Positions 28,701 through 37,900 of a stretch of DNA of 64,000 nt are shown here, in pieces. The stretch's first letter is position 1. The number at the start of each line of letters is the position of its first letter. Under the pieces are notes generated by a model. It was not told where the DNA came from, ran no database searches, and was given only the letters and a program-made list of their open reading frames with translations. The position numbers and the translations under genes were made by a program. Source of the stretch: Blastocatellia bacterium (GTDB lineage: Bacteria; Acidobacteriota; Blastocatellia; RBC074); the NCBI GenBank assembly GCA_035652435.1, contig DASRDU010000081.1, positions 10,511 to 74,510 of the forward strand, written 5' to 3'.

Positions 28701-31700
28701 GAGCGCGAGGAAGAGGGCGATCATGTCGAGGAGTATCGTGAGTGGTTTTACGGCCAGCGGCAGTACCCGTTCACTGACATCCCGGCGGGCGCGCGCGAGC
28801 GCGCGATCAGGGAGAAGGAGCGGGCCGCGGAGCGGATGCGGGCCTCTTCGACCGAAGAGGCGAAGGCCGCCGTCTCGCAGTGGACTTCCCTCGGCCCCTC
28901 GATGACCGGCACCGGGCGTTACGGCAACGTCAGCGGGCGCATCACGTCAATCATCGTCAATCCGAATGACCCGAACGTCGTCTATCTGGGCGCGGCGCAG
29001 GGCGGGGTGTGGAAGACCACGAATAACGGCGCGAACTGGATCCCGCTCACCGACGACCAGCCGTCGCTGGCCATCGGCTCGCTCGCCTTCGACCCGAACA
29101 ATCCGAACATCGTCTACGCGGGGACGGGCGAGCAGAATTTTGCGGGCGACAGTTACTACGGCAACGGCGTCCTGAAATCCACCGACGGCGGCGCGTCGTG
29201 GTCCGTACTCGGCGCTTCGGTCTTCGCGCGTCAGACCATCGGGCGGATTGCTATCAATGCCAGTAACACTCAGGTCATCTTCGCCGCGGCGGGCAACGGG
29301 CTGTACCGCACGACCGACGGCGGCGCGACGTGGACCCGCGTCCTGCCGGGCGCGCTGCGCGCGGCGACCGACGTGGTGGTGACCACGACGGCGGTCTACG
29401 CTGGTATCGCGAGCGACGGCGTCTACAAATCAACCGACGGCGGCAGCAACTGGACGAAGCTGACCGCGGGGCTGCCCGCCGGCGGCTTTTTCCGCGTCCA
29501 CCTCTCAAGCTCCGCGGCCAGCCCGAATACACTGGTCGCGCTGCTGGCCACCAATGGCGCTCTGGAGGGCATTTATCGCACCACTGACGGCGGGGCGAAC
29601 TGGGGCAAAACCGCGGACACGCCGACGGGCATTTTCGGCGGCCAGGGGTTCTACGACATCTCGCTCGGCCTGCACCCGACCAACTCAAACATCATCTACT
29701 TCGGCGGGATTGATGTCGGGCGCACGACCGACGGCGGCGCGAGCTGGACGAACCTGACGAAAGGTTATCAGGGCGGCGCCGTCCACACCGATCAGCACGC
29801 GATTGCCTTCAACCCGCAGAACCCTGCGGTCGTCTGGATCGGCAACGACGGCGGCGTCTGGCGCTCGGATAACGGCGGCGACACGTGGGCGAACCTGAAT
29901 CAGGGCCTGGGCATCGCGCAGTTCCAGAACATCGCGCTGCACCCGACGGACAACAACATCAATTACGGCGGGACGCAGGACAACGGCATGCAGAAATACA
30001 CCGGATCGAGCGTCTGGCGCGAGTCGTTCCCCGGCGACGGCGGCCCCGTCATCGTTGACTTCAACACGCCGACCACGGTCTACGGCGAGTACATCCACCT
30101 GCAACTTTTCAAGTCCACAGACTCCGGCAACCCGAACACATGGCCCGCCGCCACCAACGGCATTCCCTTCGTCAAAGGCAACGCCGACGGGCGCTCGGCT
30201 TTCTACGCGCCGGTTGCGATGGACCCGACGAACCCGCTGAAGCTCGCCGCCGCGACCTACCGCGTCTTCTACACGACGGACGGCGCGGGCAACTGGGCGA
30301 GCGTGAGCGGCGACCTGACCGGCGGGCAGGTGATCAATGCGATCACGTTTGCCGCTGGCGGCGCGCGCCTCTGGACGGGCAGCACCGACGCGCAGGTGTG
30401 GCGCGGCGATCTGGTCAACGGCTCGTGGGCCTGGACGAACGTGAATAAGGCGCCATTGCCGAACCGCTTCGTGACGCGAATCGCCGCGCACCCGACCGAC
30501 CCGCAGACGGCTTATATTTCATACTCCGGCTTCGGGACCGACCACGTTTTCAAGACCACCGACGGCGGCACGACGTGGACGAGCGCGAACGGCGGGCTGC
30601 CAGACATCCCCGTCAACGTGGTGCTCGTTGACCCGAACAATCCGGGCACGGTCTATGCCGGGACGGACATCGGCGTCTACCGCTCGACCGATCAGGGGCA
30701 GAACTGGACGCCGTACGGGACGGGGCTGCCGAACGTCGCGGTCTTCGATCTGGCGATCAGGAAGAACGGCAACCTGCTCCGCGTCGGCACGCACGGGCGC
30801 GGGATGTGGGAGATTCAGACGACGGGCGAACAGAGCTTCACCATCTACAATGACGGCGACGCGACGCTGACTGTCACCGGCATTACCAAACAGAACAACT
30901 CCCCGTGGTTTTCATTCACCACGCCTTCGGCGATCCCGTTCGACGTCCCGCCAAAAGGCTCCGTGCCGGTGCGCGTGAGCATCAACGCGACGGGGCTCAA
31001 TGCCGGAGTGTTCACGGACCGTCTGCTCGTGACTTCAAACGACACCGCGCGCAGTCCGTACCCGACCGGCGTCTTTATCAACCTGAACGTGACGGACAGC
31101 GGCGGAGGTGGCGGCTGCACCTTCACGATTTCACCATCGAGTCAGTCATTCAATGCGAGCGGGGGCACCGGCAGCGTCGGCGTGACCGCGCCCGGCGGGT
31201 GTCCGTGGACGGCGGTCGCGAATGATTCGTGGATCACGATCACGTCAGGCGCGAGTGGCAGCGGCAACGGCACGGTCAGTTACGCGGTCGCCGCCAACAC
31301 CGGCGCCAGTTCGCGCGCCGGCACGTTGACAGTCGCCGGGCAGACCTTCACCGTCACGCAATCCGGGGGCAGCAACTGCACGTTCACACTCTCGCCCACC
31401 AGCCAGAACTTCGGCGCGAGCGGTGGCAGCGGCAGCGTGAATGTCACGACACAAGGCGGTTGCAACTGGGCGGCGAAAAGCAATGCCGACTGGATCGTCA
31501 TTACCTCCGGCGCGAGCGGCGCCGGCAACGGCGCCGTCGGCTTCATCGTGGCCGCGAACAACAGCACCAGCACTCGCAGCGGAACAATGACGATAGCCGG
31601 GCAGACATTCACCGTCACGCAGACGGGTGGCAGCGGTTGTGTCTTCACCATCTCACCGGCGAATCAGGTCTTCGCGGCCACCGGCGGCAACGGCAGCACG

Positions 31701-34700
31701 AGCGTCTCAACGCAGTCGGGCTGCAACTGGACGGCGCAGAGCAACGATGACTGGATCGTCATTACCGCGGGCGCGAGCGGCGGCGGCGGCGGCACGGTCA
31801 GTTACGCGGTCGCCGCCAACAACAGCCCCGTCCCGCGCGCCGGAACGATCACTGTCGCCGGCCAGACGTTCGTCGTCGGGGAACTCGGAACCGGCGCGAC
31901 CTGCGGACTCACGCCCATCAGCATCGGGCAGACCGTGAGCGGGGAACTGGCCACTACTGATTGCCGTTCGCCGATTGACGGGACCGATTTTTACGCCGAC
32001 CTGTGGTACTTCACCGCCTCGGCGGGGCAGCAGGTGGCAATCTCGCTCAATTCGGCGGAGTTCGACGCCTTCCTGACGCTGATCGGGCCTGACGGTGCGA
32101 TTGTGGATGATGACGATGACGGCGGCGGCGGGACCAACGCGCGCATCCCGGCGACGAACGGCTTCATCACGCTGCCACTGGATGGGACTTACATCATCGA
32201 AGCCAGCAGCGCGTTCAAGGATGAGACAGGCAAATACACGCTCAGTCTGATTGCGCCCGCGGGCTGCACGTTCTCAATCTCACCGTCCGGCCAGTCGGTC
32301 AGTGCGAACGGGGGCACCGGCAGCGTCAGTGTGACGACGCAGGGCGGCTGTGCCTGGACGGCGACGAGCAACGTTGACTGGATCGTCATCACCTCTGGCA
32401 GCAGTGGCGCCGGCAATGGCGCGGTGAATTACTCGGTCGCAGCGAATGCGAGTTCTTCGCCGCGCACCGGCACACTCACCGTCGCCGGACAGACCTTCAC
32501 CGTTACGCAGCCGGGCGGCAGCAACTGCACGTTCACACTCTCGCCGACCAGCCAGAACTTCGGCGCGAGCGGTGGCGCCGGCAGCGTCAGTGTGACGACG
32601 CAGACGGGCTGCAACTGGGTGGCGCAGAGCAGCGCCGACTGGATCACGATCACTGCGGGCGCGAGCGGCAGCGGCAGCGGCGCGGCGAATTACTCGGTCG
32701 CGGTGAATAACGGCGTCGCGCGCACCGGGACGCTCACGGTCGCCGGACAGACCTTCACCGTCACGCAATCGGCCAGCAGCAATTGCACATTTACGCTCTC
32801 GCCGACCATCCAGTCATTCGATGCGAAGGGCGGTAACGGCAGCGTGGGTGTCAGCACTTCGGCCGGCTGCACGTGGACGGCGGCCTCCAACGTGACGTGG
32901 ATCGCCGTCCTCGCCGGGACTGAAAGCGGCCAGGGCAGCGGCTCGGTCGGCTACTCGGTCGCCGCCAACACCGCCAGCAGTTCGCGGCAGGGCACGATCA
33001 CGATTGCGGGCCAGACGTTCACTGTCACTCAGTCGGGCGGCGGAAGCAGTTCGTGCATTGATGTGGCGATCTCCAACTCGCTCACGGGCAGCGCGGGCGG
33101 CACGCTCACCGTCCCGATCACAGTCTCCGACCTGACGGGCAAAGGCGTTTTGTCATATGACGCCACGATCACGTTCGATCAGAGCGTCCTGCGCCCGCAG
33201 AGCGCGCCCTTCGACCGGACGGGCACGCTCAGCAGCGCGATGACCGTGACCGCGAACACCGCTACCGCGGGACAGGTGCACATCTCCGCCTTCAGTGCGA
33301 GCGCGCTCGTCGGGGCGGGCGCGCTGCTCAATCTGAAGTTCGACGTGATCGGTGCGGCGGGCTCGTGCAGCAGCCTCAACTGGGCGAGCTTCAAATTCAA
33401 CGAGGGCACGCCGTGCGCCACGACGGCGAACGGCAGGGCGTGCGCCGGCGGCGGTTCGATGTCGGGCACGGTCACTTACTGCGTTACGCCGAAGCCCGTG
33501 CCCGGCGTGGTCGTCACGGCGAGCGGCACGCCCGCGGCCTCGAACACGACCAACGGCTTCGGCGTCTTTCAGGTATCGGGCCTGGGCGGCGGCGCTTACA
33601 CGCTGACGCCGGCGAAGACGGGCGACACTAACGGCATCACATCTTTTGATGCCGCGCTGGTGGCGCTGAGCGTGGTCGGCGCGAATACGCTCACGGCGTG
33701 TCAGCAGGTGGCCGGCGACGCGAGCAACAACGGCAGCCTGTCGTCGTTCGACGCGGCGCTCATTGCGCAGTACGTCGTCGGCATCAGCAACCCGTCGAAC
33801 TTCACTGGCACATGGAAATTCACTCCGCCCTCGCGCTCGTACGCGAGTGTGAGCGGCGACCAGACGGGGCAGAATTTTGACGCCGTACTGGTGGGCGACG
33901 TCTCGGGCAACTGGACGCCGGGCGCTGGTATTGCGTCGAATCAATTCGCTCTCTCAACCGATTCGGCGGGCGCGGTGGCGCAGACGACCGTCTCGCTGCC
34001 GTCAATCACCGCGACGTCGGGCACGAGCATCACGATCCCGATCACGGTCGGCGACCTGACCGGCAGGAATGTGATTGCCTATGACTTCGACCTGACCTTC
34101 GATCAGAACCTGTTGCAACCGATGAATCCGGCCTTCGATGCGGCGGGGACGTTGTCCGGCGCGATGACGATCACGCCGAATGCCACGCCGGGCCGGCTGC
34201 GCGTCTCGGCCTTCGGCACGACCGCGCTCGCGGGGTCAGGCACACTGCTCAACCTCAAATTCAACGTCATCGGATCGGGGGCTGCGACGGGACTCACGTG
34301 GCAGAAGTTCCTGCTCAACGAAGAAACGCTCGGCCAGAGCAACCTGACCAGCGGGAGCGTGAACGTCAACCGCCTCGTCACGACCGTGTCGGCCGCGAAT
34401 TACAAGGGTGCCGACCTCGCGGCTGAATCAATCGTCGCCGCTTTCGGGTCCTCGCTGGCGACGAGTATCGCCGCCGCCAGCACCATCCCCCTGCCGACGT
34501 CGCTCGTCGGCACGACGGTGAAAGTGAAGGACAGCGCGGGAATCGAACGGCTCGCCGCCCTCTTTTTCGTCGCGCCGTTGCAGGTCAATTATCAACTCCC
34601 GCCCGGGACCGCACCCGGCCCGGCCGTCATTACCATTACCAGCGGAGACGGGTCGGTTTCATCCGGCGCGATCAACATCGTCAGTGTCGAGCCCAGCCTC

Positions 34701-35093
34701 TTCACCGCCAACTCGGACGGGCAGGGCGCCCCGGCAGCTTACGTGATCCGCGTGAGGGCCGATAACTCGCAGAGCATCGAAGCGGTCGCGCGCTTTGATG
34801 CCGTGCAGAGCAAATTCCTCCCCGCGCCGCTCGACCTCGGCCCCCCGAGCGATCAGATCTTTCTGGTGCTGTTCGGGACCGGCGTTCGGTTCCGCAGTTC
34901 GCTCCCGGCCGTGAGTGCGAAGATCGGCGGGGTTGACGCGCGGGTTGATTACGCGGGGCAGCAGGGCGGATTTGTCGGCCTCGATCAGCTCAACGTATTC
35001 GTGCCGCGTGCTCTGGCCGGGCGCGGCGAAGTGGACATTGCACTGACGGTGGACGGGAGGACTGCCAACACTGTGAAGGTCAATATCAAATGA
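25728..35093 (+). CDS. Giant secreted multidomain protein G2 (~3121 aa): PD40 propeller module, choice-of-anchor-D-like, IPT/TIG, 7 BACON-like repeats, Asp-box (BNR/sortilin-like) propeller, PPC, cohesin-dockerin-cohesin, C-terminal TIGR03437 module
   Basis: ATG at 25728 lies 5 nt after AGGAGG. Signal peptide [22 protein letters not shown]. The track ORF opens 6 nt upstream at a GTG. Domain motifs are listed in the sub-features. Confidence 0.92.
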   Translation: MNARRLTLACTLLIISLAAILPRSRQAESAQEPRRAANHPAAAAGNGATGEPVQAQAVAGTILRTLVYHEITSLNRSAIAEIAQGFPLLSKNGNRAVFTIITGDGMRHIFVINSDGTGQREIDSNDSFAPFLDISADGSKVLYTNRNLIRMANADGTNLHDVVNIGGGFIQVRLSADGTKVFFTVDRDFPIGSENLTKGLYVINADGSGRRQIVSGATLATLLGAPAGGNNFVSTSGTSLDASADASHIIFGTSIDGKGQYLLGVNFDGSGLHQILGPVDFLNHAVISGDGLKVAYDLTLPPCCSTPSEAGVINFDGTQKKTLVTQTAPFRGYPGSGTPIQLGADGSRLLFGTGVLFNTATGEALQLAAIGGNFSSDPQFLVNEGMRVATMNSSATRFLYLAPDPNNVLQLVTLDLNPTSLGLAPSVTDPKLDPTFVITSGRGRATLSAKVSASGTLVRVNNSILFKGLTNANAFNGLTDNNVDWLVLLDDGTHGDTTVNDGIFTNNSLGANCCAVLGSRLVRVKAEARGTDSKRHATAIDFEPLTVTDQVPSIDVSQTSLDFGSVSVGQSKDLTLTIRNVGTSQLTVNSLNSDNTQFSVPPPPAAPFTIAPGGQQTITVRFTPSAVGPQGGRLTINSTDPARPNIDVFLSGVGATLSVTVNDHRTSGGPIPDNCAPPALKSSFTPADAQVFQWTFVSGFQNGAVIRWEWVQPNGTIYRQFQAPVNNTSQFVCFWDAIGIAGQPAASLPGTWQVRVFYNGTQIVTDTFTISAASSCPTAGGINPTSGAAGTSVIITGANFTGVTVVRFANNLTANFTVNSDTQITATVPGGAVTGPITIGKPNCPDVQTSTFTICTYSISPTSQNFAAGGGTGSVGVTTQSGCAWTATSNAGFITITAGTPGSGNGTVNYSVAANTSTSARSGTMTIAGQTFTVNQSGSTTGAPLIRIEPGALSFNVPRGQSSGPVSSAASQIEPQQSTAAAAQDKDEIEKEREEEGDHVEEYREWFYGQRQYPFTDIPAGARERAIREKERAAERMRASSTEEAKAAVSQWTSLGPSMTGTGRYGNVSGRITSIIVNPNDPNVVYLGAAQGGVWKTTNNGANWIPLTDDQPSLAIGSLAFDPNNPNIVYAGTGEQNFAGDSYYGNGVLKSTDGGASWSVLGASVFARQTIGRIAINASNTQVIFAAAGNGLYRTTDGGATWTRVLPGALRAATDVVVTTTAVYAGIASDGVYKSTDGGSNWTKLTAGLPAGGFFRVHLSSSAASPNTLVALLATNGALEGIYRTTDGGANWGKTADTPTGIFGGQGFYDISLGLHPTNSNIIYFGGIDVGRTTDGGASWTNLTKGYQGGAVHTDQHAIAFNPQNPAVVWIGNDGGVWRSDNGGDTWANLNQGLGIAQFQNIALHPTDNNINYGGTQDNGMQKYTGSSVWRESFPGDGGPVIVDFNTPTTVYGEYIHLQLFKSTDSGNPNTWPAATNGIPFVKGNADGRSAFYAPVAMDPTNPLKLAAATYRVFYTTDGAGNWASVSGDLTGGQVINAITFAAGGARLWTGSTDAQVWRGDLVNGSWAWTNVNKAPLPNRFVTRIAAHPTDPQTAYISYSGFGTDHVFKTTDGGTTWTSANGGLPDIPVNVVLVDPNNPGTVYAGTDIGVYRSTDQGQNWTPYGTGLPNVAVFDLAIRKNGNLLRVGTHGRGMWEIQTTGEQSFTIYNDGDATLTVTGITKQNNSPWFSFTTPSAIPFDVPPKGSVPVRVSINATGLNAGVFTDRLLVTSNDTARSPYPTGVFINLNVTDSGGGGGCTFTISPSSQSFNASGGTGSVGVTAPGGCPWTAVANDSWITITSGASGSGNGTVSYAVAANTGASSRAGTLTVAGQTFTVTQSGGSNCTFTLSPTSQNFGASGGSGSVNVTTQGGCNWAAKSNADWIVITSGASGAGNGAVGFIVAANNSTSTRSGTMTIAGQTFTVTQTGGSGCVFTISPANQVFAATGGNGSTSVSTQSGCNWTAQSNDDWIVITAGASGGGGGTVSYAVAANNSPVPRAGTITVAGQTFVVGELGTGATCGLTPISIGQTVSGELATTDCRSPIDGTDFYADLWYFTASAGQQVAISLNSAEFDAFLTLIGPDGAIVDDDDDGGGGTNARIPATNGFITLPLDGTYIIEASSAFKDETGKYTLSLIAPAGCTFSISPSGQSVSANGGTGSVSVTTQGGCAWTATSNVDWIVITSGSSGAGNGAVNYSVAANASSSPRTGTLTVAGQTFTVTQPGGSNCTFTLSPTSQNFGASGGAGSVSVTTQTGCNWVAQSSADWITITAGASGSGSGAANYSVAVNNGVARTGTLTVAGQTFTVTQSASSNCTFTLSPTIQSFDAKGGNGSVGVSTSAGCTWTAASNVTWIAVLAGTESGQGSGSVGYSVAANTASSSRQGTITIAGQTFTVTQSGGGSSSCIDVAISNSLTGSAGGTLTVPITVSDLTGKGVLSYDATITFDQSVLRPQSAPFDRTGTLSSAMTVTANTATAGQVHISAFSASALVGAGALLNLKFDVIGAAGSCSSLNWASFKFNEGTPCATTANGRACAGGGSMSGTVTYCVTPKPVPGVVVTASGTPAASNTTNGFGVFQVSGLGGGAYTLTPAKTGDTNGITSFDAALVALSVVGANTLTACQQVAGDASNNGSLSSFDAALIAQYVVGISNPSNFTGTWKFTPPSRSYASVSGDQTGQNFDAVLVGDVSGNWTPGAGIASNQFALSTDSAGAVAQTTVSLPSITATSGTSITIPITVGDLTGRNVIAYDFDLTFDQNLLQPMNPAFDAAGTLSGAMTITPNATPGRLRVSAFGTTALAGSGTLLNLKFNVIGSGAATGLTWQKFLLNEETLGQSNLTSGSVNVNRLVTTVSAANYKGADLAAESIVAAFGSSLATSIAAASTIPLPTSLVGTTVKVKDSAGIERLAALFFVAPLQVNYQLPPGTAPGPAVITITSGDGSVSSGAINIVSVEPSLFTANSDGQGAPAAYVIRVRADNSQSIEAVARFDAVQSKFLPAPLDLGPPSDQIFLVLFGTGVRFRSSLPAVSAKIGGVDARVDYAGQQGGFVGLDQLNVFVPRALAGRGEVDIALTVDGRTANTVKVNIK
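25911..27375 (+). other. PD40/TolB-like propeller plus cap module (paralogous to G1 20585-22010)
   Basis: See the G1 sub-feature. The blocks are collinear and conserved by eye. Confidence 0.75.
27385..27692 (+). other. Choice-of-anchor-D / ASH-like Ig domain
   Basis: [38 protein letters not shown]...[34 protein letters not shown] second copy is at about 30835-31100. Confidence 0.6.
28290..28545 (+). repeat. BACON-like repeat unit 1 (~84 aa)
   Basis: [84 protein letters not shown]. Confidence 0.75.
28873..30818 (+). other. Asp-box (BNR) sortilin/VPS10-like beta-propeller region
   Basis: I counted 11 S/T-x-D-x-G-x-x-W type motifs, e.g. [50 protein letters not shown]. Confidence 0.8.
31115..31889 (+). 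repeat. Three tandem BACON-like repeat units (units 2-4)
   Basis: Each unit starts C(T/V)F(T)(I/L)SP..Q.F.A.GG.GS and ends AGQTF(T/V)V. The period is about 255 nt. Confidence 0.8.
31902..32258 (+). other. Pre-peptidase C-terminal (PPC)-like domain
   Basis: [67 protein letters not shown]...[10 protein letters not shown]. Confidence 0.6.
32265..33040 (+). repeat. Three tandem BACON-like repeat units (units 5-7)
   Basis: Same unit as 31115-31889. Units 3 and 6 share a 51-nt stretch with a single mismatch (31376-31426 versus 32526-32576). Confidence 0.8.
33054..33420 (+). other. Cohesin-like domain 1
   Basis: [48 protein letters not shown]...[31 protein letters not shown]. Confidence 0.65.
33621..33785 (+). 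other. Dockerin-like duplicated segment
   Basis: Two related segments: [20 protein letters not shown] and [23 protein letters not shown], with Ca-loop-like D/N-rich starts. Confidence 0.6.
33984..34325 (+). other. Cohesin-like domain 2
   Basis: [46 protein letters not shown]...[30 protein letters not shown]. Confidence 0.65.
34377..35090 (+). other. C-terminal TIGR03437-like module of G2
   Basis: [25 protein letters not shown]...[39 protein letters not shown]...[16 protein letters not shown]...[47 protein letters not shown]. Confidence 0.8.
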
Positions 35094-35147
35094 GTGACCA
35101 GGGGCGTGGCCGCAGGGGTGAACGCAGAACGGATGGCCGTCCCTGAT

Positions 35148-37511
35148 CTATGATGGGTCAGTCAGTCTGGCTTTCGCCGCGATCACTTCCGGGATGTCCG
35201 GATCAGCATCCTGCCAGATTTCGAGGAAGCTGCGGTAAGCGGCCCGCGCCCGCTCGCGCTCACCTTTGCGCTCGTAAGCCTGGCCGAGATGATAGTGGGC
35301 GAGCGGGTAGTTCGGATTGGTTTTCAGGATGCGTTCATATTCGGCGCCGGCTTCGTCCACGCGCCCCAGTTCGAGATACGCATTCGCCAGACAATCCTCA
35401 AACGAATCAATGTTCCATTCGGCGGCGCGGTACTGCAAGGCGGTGCGGAAATGATTGAGCGCGTCCTCCCCGCGCCCCTGCTGCAAGGCCGCCGTGCCCT
35501 GCTGGTACTCCCAAATGCGCAGCTTGCCGCGTTCCTGATAAACCTCATAGGTTGCGGGGGCAAAGACTTCCGCGCTCAGTTTCACCACGGCAGCCTGATC
35601 GCGTTGCCGGAGCGCCAGGGCGAGCGAATTCCATAACGAGCCCGGGTTGTATCTGACTTCCGCCTGCGCCGCGGCGGTGGCGCGAGCCACATCGCCCCGC
35701 TTCAAATACAACCAGGCCAGGCAGTCGAAGCCGCGCGCGCGCGCGCCGTCATCGCGGGCAATCTGGATGAAACGCTGATACTGTTCCGCCGCCGCGCGAT
35801 ACCGCCCCTGCTGAAAGCGCAGATGGCCCAGATGAATGACCGCCACACCCGATTCGGGGTTGAGCGCGAGCGCGCGGTTATAGGCCGCTTCAGCCTCGGC
35901 GTATTGCCCGCTCCAGCGATGGAATTCCGCCAGACTGTCCCACGCATTCGGATCGTTCGGCGCAAGCTGGATGTAATGTTGAAAGGCTGCCAGCGCCTCA
36001 TCATTCCGCCCCAGCCGCATGCAAACTGAGCCGAGCGCGTTGTGCAGGTCTTTCCACTCCGGGTCAGTGAGCAGCCCCTGCCGGATGGCCCGCAAGGCTT
36101 CTTCATTTCGATTCTGCGTCTGCAACACCCAGCTCAGCCGCTGCCAGGCTTCGGTCTCCAGGGGGTAACGCGCAAGCAGGTTACGATATACTTCAATGGC
36201 CCCCGCCGTGTCGCGGGCGGCAGTGGCGAGCCACGCAGCGATAAACAGCTTATCCTTTTCACTCAGACGACCGGCGAGCGTCAGAGCCTTTTCCAGATAC
36301 GGTCGGGCCTTTTCGCCCTGCCCCATGCGCACGGCGTACACATAGCCGATGCGTGCGTGCGCCAGCGCAAACTGCGGGTCGAGCGCCAGAGCTTTTTCGA
36401 GCAGCGCAATGGCTTCGTGAAACTGATACATCTGAGCCTGCTCGAGCGCCAGGGAGTAATAGCGGTACGCATCCAGATTACTCGTCATCACCGCCGCCAG
36501 CCCGCGGTGGGCGTCTGCGTCCGTCAGCGTCGCGCCCAGATGCGTGGCCAGCTTGAGCGAGAGCAAATCAATTTGCGTCAGGATTTGCGCGGGCGTATCC
36601 GCGACCAGCGATTCCGCCGCCTGCAATTGCCCCGTGTGCGCGTCGTGCAGCGTGACATCAATCCGCACCTTGTCGCCGAGCCGCGCAAAGCCGCCGAGGA
36701 TCATCATCTCGGCCTGCGCGCGCCGCGCGATCTCCAGGCCGTCTTCGAGTTTGATTTGTGCGGTATTCTGCCACCCCGTGTGACTGAGCAGGGCGGCCAG
36801 CTGCTGCCGGCTGAGCAGGGTCAGCCGCTGCGAACGCGAGAGGCTGACAATCAGCATGTCCGCTAACCCTTCGCGCAACCAGTCCAACTCGCGGTCGCCC
36901 GCCCGGTTTTCAAAATACAACACGGCCACACCCCTTTTGCCCGGCACGTGCGGCAGGCTGATTTCAGCGCGCGTGGCGCGGCGATAGAGGTAGCCGCCGA
37001 GCGGGACCAGAAGGGCCAGGGCAATCAGGGAAACAAGGAGGCGGGGAGACAAAGAGACGGGGAGGCGAGCCTGTTCTATCTGGCGCCCTGTCACCCCATC
37101 TCCAGATTGTCCCGGCTCGACAACTTCTTCATAGCCGATTTCGACCGATGTGAACTCTTCGACTTCCAGCGCGTGGCCGAGCTTTTCGACCTCGCCGATA
37201 AAACGGTAACCGGCCCTGGGAAAGGTTTTAATAAAGCGCGGCTGCTGGGAATCTTCGCCCAGCGCCTTACGAATCTCAACGATGCACTGTACCAGCGCGT
37301 CGTCTGTGACCGCCGCGCCCTGCCAGATTTGCTCCATCAGTTCTTCTTTGAGAATGAGGCGCGGGCGCTGTTCGATCAGGTAAAGCAGGACCTGGAGGGA
37401 TCTGGGACGCAGGCAAAGCTCGTCGCCGTTCCGCTTGACCTGGCCGCTGAGCGGGTCAAGCTCAGCCCCGGCTAAGCGGTAAATCAGCTTGTCCGCCCCC
37501 TTGTTCATCAC
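35148..37511 (-). CDS. Membrane-anchored ToxR/CadC-like regulator R2 (paralog of R1): wHTH, TM, TolB_N-like domain, TPR array
   Basis: Collinear with R1 along its whole length, e.g. [36 protein letters not shown] versus [36 protein letters not shown]. The first codon at 37511 is GTG; an ATG follows at 37508. Confidence 0.88.
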   Translation of the reverse strand: MMNKGADKLIYRLAGAELDPLSGQVKRNGDELCLRPRSLQVLLYLIEQRPRLILKEELMEQIWQGAAVTDDALVQCIVEIRKALGEDSQQPRFIKTFPRAGYRFIGEVEKLGHALEVEEFTSVEIGYEEVVEPGQSGDGVTGRQIEQARLPVSLSPRLLVSLIALALLVPLGGYLYRRATRAEISLPHVPGKRGVAVLYFENRAGDRELDWLREGLADMLIVSLSRSQRLTLLSRQQLAALLSHTGWQNTAQIKLEDGLEIARRAQAEMMILGGFARLGDKVRIDVTLHDAHTGQLQAAESLVADTPAQILTQIDLLSLKLATHLGATLTDADAHRGLAAVMTSNLDAYRYYSLALEQAQMYQFHEAIALLEKALALDPQFALAHARIGYVYAVRMGQGEKARPYLEKALTLAGRLSEKDKLFIAAWLATAARDTAGAIEVYRNLLARYPLETEAWQRLSWVLQTQNRNEEALRAIRQGLLTDPEWKDLHNALGSVCMRLGRNDEALAAFQHYIQLAPNDPNAWDSLAEFHRWSGQYAEAEAAYNRALALNPESGVAVIHLGHLRFQQGRYRAAAEQYQRFIQIARDDGARARGFDCLAWLYLKRGDVARATAAAQAEVRYNPGSLWNSLALALRQRDQAAVVKLSAEVFAPATYEVYQERGKLRIWEYQQGTAALQQGRGEDALNHFRTALQYRAAEWNIDSFEDCLANAYLELGRVDEAGAEYERILKTNPNYPLAHYHLGQAYERKGERERARAAYRSFLEIWQDADPDIPEVIAAKARLTDPS

Positions 37512-37532
37512 AAATCGTTTGTTCCCGGCAAA

Positions 37533-37590
37533 ATTCGGAGAAATTCGTCGCGCGTTCGTTACTTCCGGCGCGGGTGCGCCGGATTATAGC
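37533..37590 (+). promoter_or_regulatory. Copy 2 of the conserved ~35-bp element (ATTCGGAGAAATTCGTCGCGCGTTCGTTACTTCCG) followed by TATAGCAC
   Basis: Half-sites TTCG 37534, 37544, 37555 and TTCC 37563 (spacing 10, 11, 8). TATAGC at 37585-90 lies 27 nt before the small-ORF ATG. Aligns to copy 3 without gaps, with about 27 of 35 positions identical. Confidence 0.6.
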
Positions 37591-37616
37591 ACCTCGTAAG
37601 GAGAGGACTAAGCCCG

Positions 37617-37865
37617 ATGAAAGTGACGCGCCGTCTGAAAATCACTGTCACCCGGCGCCGCATACTGCGTTCGGCGGTGGCGCCCGTGCGAGCCTTTTGT
37701 CCGGTTTGCGCGCACGCGGTCGAGACGCTCAGCGCGGCGCAGGCCGCCGAGGTGCTGGAAATTGACGGCCAGGCATTGGCCGGCCTGATCGCTGCCGGGC
37801 GCGTGCATGCAATTGCACTGGTGAGCGGCAGCCAGCGGGTCTGTCAGGAATCGTTGTTTGCTTAG
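37617..37865 (+). CDS. Small conserved protein S2 (82 aa), paralog of S1
   Basis: [19 protein letters not shown]...[64 protein letters not shown] lies upstream of the ATG. Confidence 0.65.
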   Translation: MKVTRRLKITVTRRRILRSAVAPVRAFCPVCAHAVETLSAAQAAEVLEIDGQALAGLIAAGRVHAIALVSGSQRVCQESLFA

Positions 37866-37900
37866 CCGAAGTTCAATTCATTCCCCGGAGGAAATCAGTC

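Noticed and set aside
28290-33040. Regularly spaced repeated DNA that might be taken for a CRISPR-like array.
   Set aside because: The period is about 255 nt. The units are contiguous, lie in one open reading frame and are conserved at protein level (BACON-like domains). There are no short repeat/spacer alternations and no cas genes.
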